64,000 nucleotides of DNA, from assembly GCA_033442325.1 (NCBI GenBank), contig JAWQFM010000010.1, forward strand, positions 1,492,730 to 1,556,729. The letters run 5' to 3'. A program made the translations under genes and the position numbers. How positions within the stretch are numbered: position 1 is the stretch's first letter; every line of letters starts with the position of its first letter. The notes under the pieces are model-generated. The model saw only the letters and a program-made list of their open reading frames with translations. It searched no databases and was not told where the DNA came from. This stretch comes from Salpingoeca rosetta. Its lineage: Eukaryota > Protista > Choanoflagellata. Positions 52,174-64,000 of the stretch are shown one piece after another.

Positions 52174-52929
52174 CTAGATGATGTGTTCGGCTGCGGAGAT
52201 GATGGTGTCGAGCTTGTCTGCCCACTCCACCAGCGACGCATATCTGCCCACGCGCTCCTGCTGCTGCAGCACAACCAGCCGCTCCACGTGGTCAATCTGT
52301 CCTTGCACAGCCCTGCCGACGCGAAAACAAGATGCGGGGAGGGTCGAGGCAATAAGGGGGGAAAAGGAGGGAGGGACAAGGAATTGCGGATTGTTGTGAG
52401 AACATGTCAAGGTGATTGAGGTTTCGTTTTTGTTGCGAGAACATGCACCAACAACGCGCCGTGTGACGCACCACCACCACCACCACCACAACAACAACAA
52501 CAACAAGTCACCTCCTCCACCACAAACACAACCACAACCACCACCACTTCACCGCAGCAAAACACAGTGGACTGACTTGTCGAGGATGGCGGCGACGAGC
52601 AGATCCACCACCTCCTCCTCCGTGATGCCCAGGCGGTCACTGATGAACGAAATGCGCACGCGCGTGTACGGCCTGATGAGCTTCACCATCGCCTCTGTGC
52701 GGATGTTTCGCAGAAGGTCCTCAATGTACGAGCGCACAAACGGATCGCCCATGATGGCCGCCTCGTGCACGCGCAGAATGCGCTCAAACGCCTTGACGTC
52801 GTTCGCTTGGTACGCCCTGGAGTAAGTGAAGCAGATGGGAGGAAGGATTAGTAAGTGGGGCGAGAGCAGGAGAAAGGGGAATAGGGGAGATGGTACTGGT
52901 GTGGCAGAGGCCAAACAAACAAACACACA

Positions 52930-52964
<35 letters not shown>

Positions 52965-53435
52965 ATCACTCACACACACACACTCATCACTCACTCGTAC
53001 AGAACAGCACACGCACACACGCAAGCTCCCACGTGACAAAACGACCCACCCGACGAGATCTGTCATGGCGACAATCTGAGGGTCGTTCTTGTACGGTTTG
53101 GACTGATGCGAGTGGTTTTGGTTGCGCAGTACAAAGAGGGGGGGGGGGCAACGTGGTGTGGATTGAGCGCGACGATGCACATGTGGGTGAGAATAATCAA
53201 CATTCATGCAACAGCACGCTCGCGAGACACACACACACAAGAGAGCGTTCTACAGCTGAAGGTTCATGTGTGTGTGTGTGTCACCTCTTGGGCATCAAAG
53301 GGGTCGACGTTTGACTTCATGAGCATGTTTGCCAGCACAAGATACTTCAGGCACGAAATCTTCTTGTCGCTCCCGCTCTCATCGTAGCTCTTGAACGCCT
53401 GGTGAATGGTGAATGGTGAATGTGAGTGAATGTGA

Positions 53436-53528
<93 letters not shown>

Positions 53529-53770
53529 GGAGGTGGCTGCTGTTGAGTCAGTCACCTCCACCTCCTCCACTAATGGCAAACCTCAAAGAAGTCCTCGTAG
53601 GCCTGCGACCACTGCTGTTCATCAAGATGCATCTTCCCGCCGCACTCTGTTGTCACATCACGGCGATGGGAGCAGATGAGGGCATCGCATGATGGAAGCA
53701 CAAACACATGGCTGCAACTCCAAATACACACACAAGCACAGAGACAGAGAGAGAGAGAGAAACACACACA

Positions 53771-53813
<43 letters not shown>

Positions 53814-54063
53814 GCCACCTCCCTCTCCCCTAACCTCTGACGATGCCGAGGATGTACGGGTGCGGAATTGCGGACCGGATGCGCAGTGCCCGCTTGTACA
53901 GGTCCTGACAACAGCACAGCGGTCATGACGGGGACAGAGCAGTTGAGGTGGTGGCGATGCAAAGGAGGAGTCAGCACATGCACAGCGCTGCATGCATTCG
54001 AGTACGCATGTACAGCAACGACAAAGCACACGCACGCGACGGGACACAAAAGTACCCACTCCG

Positions 54064-54111
<48 letters not shown>

Positions 54112-54512
54112 TGAGCTTCTTCGTCTCCTTCTGAGCGGTGTACATCTGAATCTCCAGCGCGTAAATCTCCATCAGCTGCGTGCCGTTGCGCGAATCCGCG
54201 TCGTCGTCGTCGCCGGCATCACCCTCCCCCTCCGCGGGCTCGAGCGAGCTGTGCAGCTCCTGCACCACCTCCCGCAGCCGCACAAAGTCGCCCTTGTCAA
54301 GCAAAACCTTGCCAAACTGGCTCGGGTGGTGGTGGTGGTGGTGGTGGTGGTGGTGGTGCGTGCGTGCGTGCGTGCATGCGTGTGTGTGTGTGTTGGGTGT
54401 GAGACGATGTTGAAGAGCTCTCGCACGATGTCAGTCATGGGCCGATAGAGCGAATATTCGCATTAACTCGTACATGCACACACACGCGCACACGCGCACA
54501 CACACACACACA

Positions 54513-54586
<74 letters not shown>

Positions 54587-55792
54587 CGACCATGCATGCA
54601 TTTAATATACACATACCTTGAGATTTGTCTTGAACCAGAGGCGCTGGTTTCTGCTCTCCCGAAGTGCGTCCAGCGTCACGCGGAAAATCTGCTCCAGCTG
54701 TTCAGGCTGCACACCACACCACACCACAAAGGCAACAGCAACGGCAACGGCAATGACATTCACACATACACACATGTGTGCACAGCACGTTGTTGTGTCA
54801 TGGCAAAGATGGTGGTGTGAGCATGCGGCAAAGCGTGAAAACCTTTGTACAACCTCAAATGGATACATGTCTCTTGAGAGTATGCAAGAAGCGCAAGGAC
54901 ACGCGCACACGCATTTACATTCACAGACACTCACGTTGAACCCGGTTGAGACGTACTCCAAGATGGAGTTGATGGAACGGCTGCTGTAGTTTTGTGTCAC
55001 AGCAGACTGTTGGCAGACGCACGCGCGCGAAAACAAGCAAGGGGCGCCCAGCATTGCAAGGTGCGTGAGACAAGGTCGGTGCCGTGTTCATGGCGTGAAG
55101 GTCGGCGTTCACACTAGTACAAACCAAATGCAATCTACGTGTGTGTGTGTGTGTGTGTGTGGTGGTAGCGCGCCAGTGTACCTTAATGTATGTGAGGAGA
55201 GACTTGTACGTGTCGAAGAACTCGTCGTATCGTTTCTGCGTGTCGGCATGCAACGGTGCAAGAACGGCGGATGAGACGCCAAATCTGTAACTTTGTGTTG
55301 GAAACACGGGCCAGCGCGCTGTGTTCCAGCGAGAGGAGCAGATACAGAGGACAAACACCGCATCCCAACTTACTTGTGCAAACAACACTTTGAGTGACTG
55401 TTTGTGTGCCTTGAATCCCCAGTCGCCCTTCTCAGGCTCGTTGTCGATCACCTGCATTGACCCATCGACACACCGCAGTTGTTGGTCGATCAATCGACAA
55501 GCAAGGGTGAGCAGTGCGGCGTCGTGACGCGTCCTCCCATCGTGAATACAAATAAGAAGACACATACATACACGCACACACATACACACATTCACGCACA
55601 CATGCACACAAACCTTCTTGAACTCTTCGAGGGCCTTGTCGGGGTCATCTGTTTTGTAATTCTTGGCATTGTAGTATGTGTTCTCGAGGTTGGCGTCGTC
55701 ATCGTCAGATCCCTCATCAGATTCGTACTCCTGCCAGGGAAGTTGTGTGTGTGTGTGTCAGTGTGTGTATGTGTGTGTGTGTTGTGGAGACG

Positions 55793-55841
<49 letters not shown>

Positions 55842-56045
55842 GATGTGCGCGAGTGTGTGGTGTGGTGTAAACGGTGTCAAACAAGCAGGACGCAGATGAA
55901 GAGAACAGAGCGCACTCCCCAGTCTTAACCACAAGCTACCACACACACACACACACACACACACAAGACCAGCGCTGCGTATGTGTCTTACAAAGTCGTA
56001 CTCTTCGTCCGACCCAGAGTCCAAGTTGAAGTCGTCATCACTCAT
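52174..56045 (-). CDS. COPS2: COP9 signalosome subunit 2
   Basis: MSDDDF...LENTYYNAK...[10 protein letters not shown]...SAVTQNYS...[11 protein letters not shown]...[16 protein letters not shown]...ECGGKMHL...[21 protein letters not shown]...[30 protein letters not shown] (PCI domain). Confidence 0.95.
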
Positions 56046-56337
56046 GGTCGATGTCTGGTTGCAGTGGCGGCAAGCAAGCCAAGTTTGTTCTCTATGTTCT
56101 TCTCTCTGTTCGTCTATCTTGGCAATCGTCTTGCTGAAAATTACTGAATGATTCCATCAATTTTCATTTTGGAAGAAGATTAAGCAAGCAACAAGACGAA
56201 CGAATTGACAACAACAAGCACCCCGTCATGTCATCCACACACGTCATCCACACACATCATCCACACACATGTCATACACACATGCACACAACAACAGCAA
56301 ACAGAATCAGGTCATGTCATTCACGCCATGACACGTG

Positions 56338-63322
<6,985 letters not shown>

Positions 63323-64000
63323 GGTCTTGGTTGGTTGGTTGGTTGGTTGGCTTGCGAGGAGGGAGCGAGGGAGGGGGGAGAGGAAGATGGAGATGGAGAG
63401 AGGAACGAGACCGGAGATCAGGTGGTGGTGGGTGGGTGAAGCTGGAGAGGAAAGCCCGTAAGCTTAGCCTTGCTTGCTGTGGTTGCGCTGTGGTTGCTGT
63501 GGGTTGTGATCACTGCACCAACGGCTATGGTGGTGAGAACTTGACTGCTCAAGGGAGACGAAGAAAATGGCCGCAGACGCAAGCTGGCGACAGCAGTGCA
63601 ACCTCACCCTTGCTGCCTTCCTTCCTTCCTTCCTTCCTTCCTTCTTGCTTCTTCAACCGTGTCAGTCAGTGGCTGTGTGCGTTGCTTCTGCATCAATCTT
63701 CGGTGGTGTTGCAGGTGCAACTGCAACCCGGCCACTGAATGCGCAAGTGGGAAACGGTGGACTCAACGCCACCCATGTTGTCATCACCGATCTTGCATGC
63801 TTGCATCAACATCACCACGTCATCCCCCTCAAACAAAAACAAACAAAGGAGAGGCCCAACAATCGGTGGTAGGGGTAGGTTGATTGCTGACGCTTGCAGA
63901 ACTTGCGTGCGTGCACACTGCACGTAACGCAACCCCATTCTCCAAAGGCTCTATGTTGCAGGTGGGGGTATCTGCGATTGCGCAGATCGCTGTGAGTTTT

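Noticed and set aside
63567-64000. Short ORFs at the right edge
   Set aside because: No recognisable motif or consistent splice pattern; probably promoter/UTR sequence.

Overview
Eukaryotic, intron-rich genomic DNA. Short introns are packed with (TG)n/(CA)n microsatellites, exons are GC-rich, and there are four N-gaps. The style and gene content fit a choanoflagellate, most likely Salpingoeca rosetta (inference). Most ORFs in the supplied track are microsatellite artefacts, so I rebuilt genes by joining exons at GT..AG sites and checking reading-frame phase; some minor exon boundaries are approximate. About 19 genes were found: MYST acetyltransferase (partial), sorting nexin, a pyroglutamyl-peptidase/NUDT15-like fusion, a secreted Sushi/coiled-coil/TNFR-Cys/PA14-like protein, a standalone Trl1-like RNA ligase, a YbhE-type lactonase, RNF14, a BMT5-like rRNA methyltransferase, an [FeFe]-hydrogenase with a mitochondrial-type presequence (cut by a gap), a PIN/AEC transporter, a class-3 lipase, an anomalous ALAD/HemB, a large protein ending in a giant-virus-type poly(A)-polymerase-like domain, STX8 (partial), PEX2 (partial), an intronless sulfotransferase, CSN2, and a tandem-ATP-grasp/isoaspartyl-dipeptidase fusion. 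The best candidate for an undescribed system is the last one (63322-56338, minus strand, about 1,270 aa). It joins a degenerate ATP-grasp, an intact ATP-grasp peptide ligase and an intact IadA beta-aspartyl dipeptidase in one chain, suggesting a bifunctional synthetase/hydrolase for beta-aspartyl peptides. All family assignments come from motif recognition by eye, with no database search.
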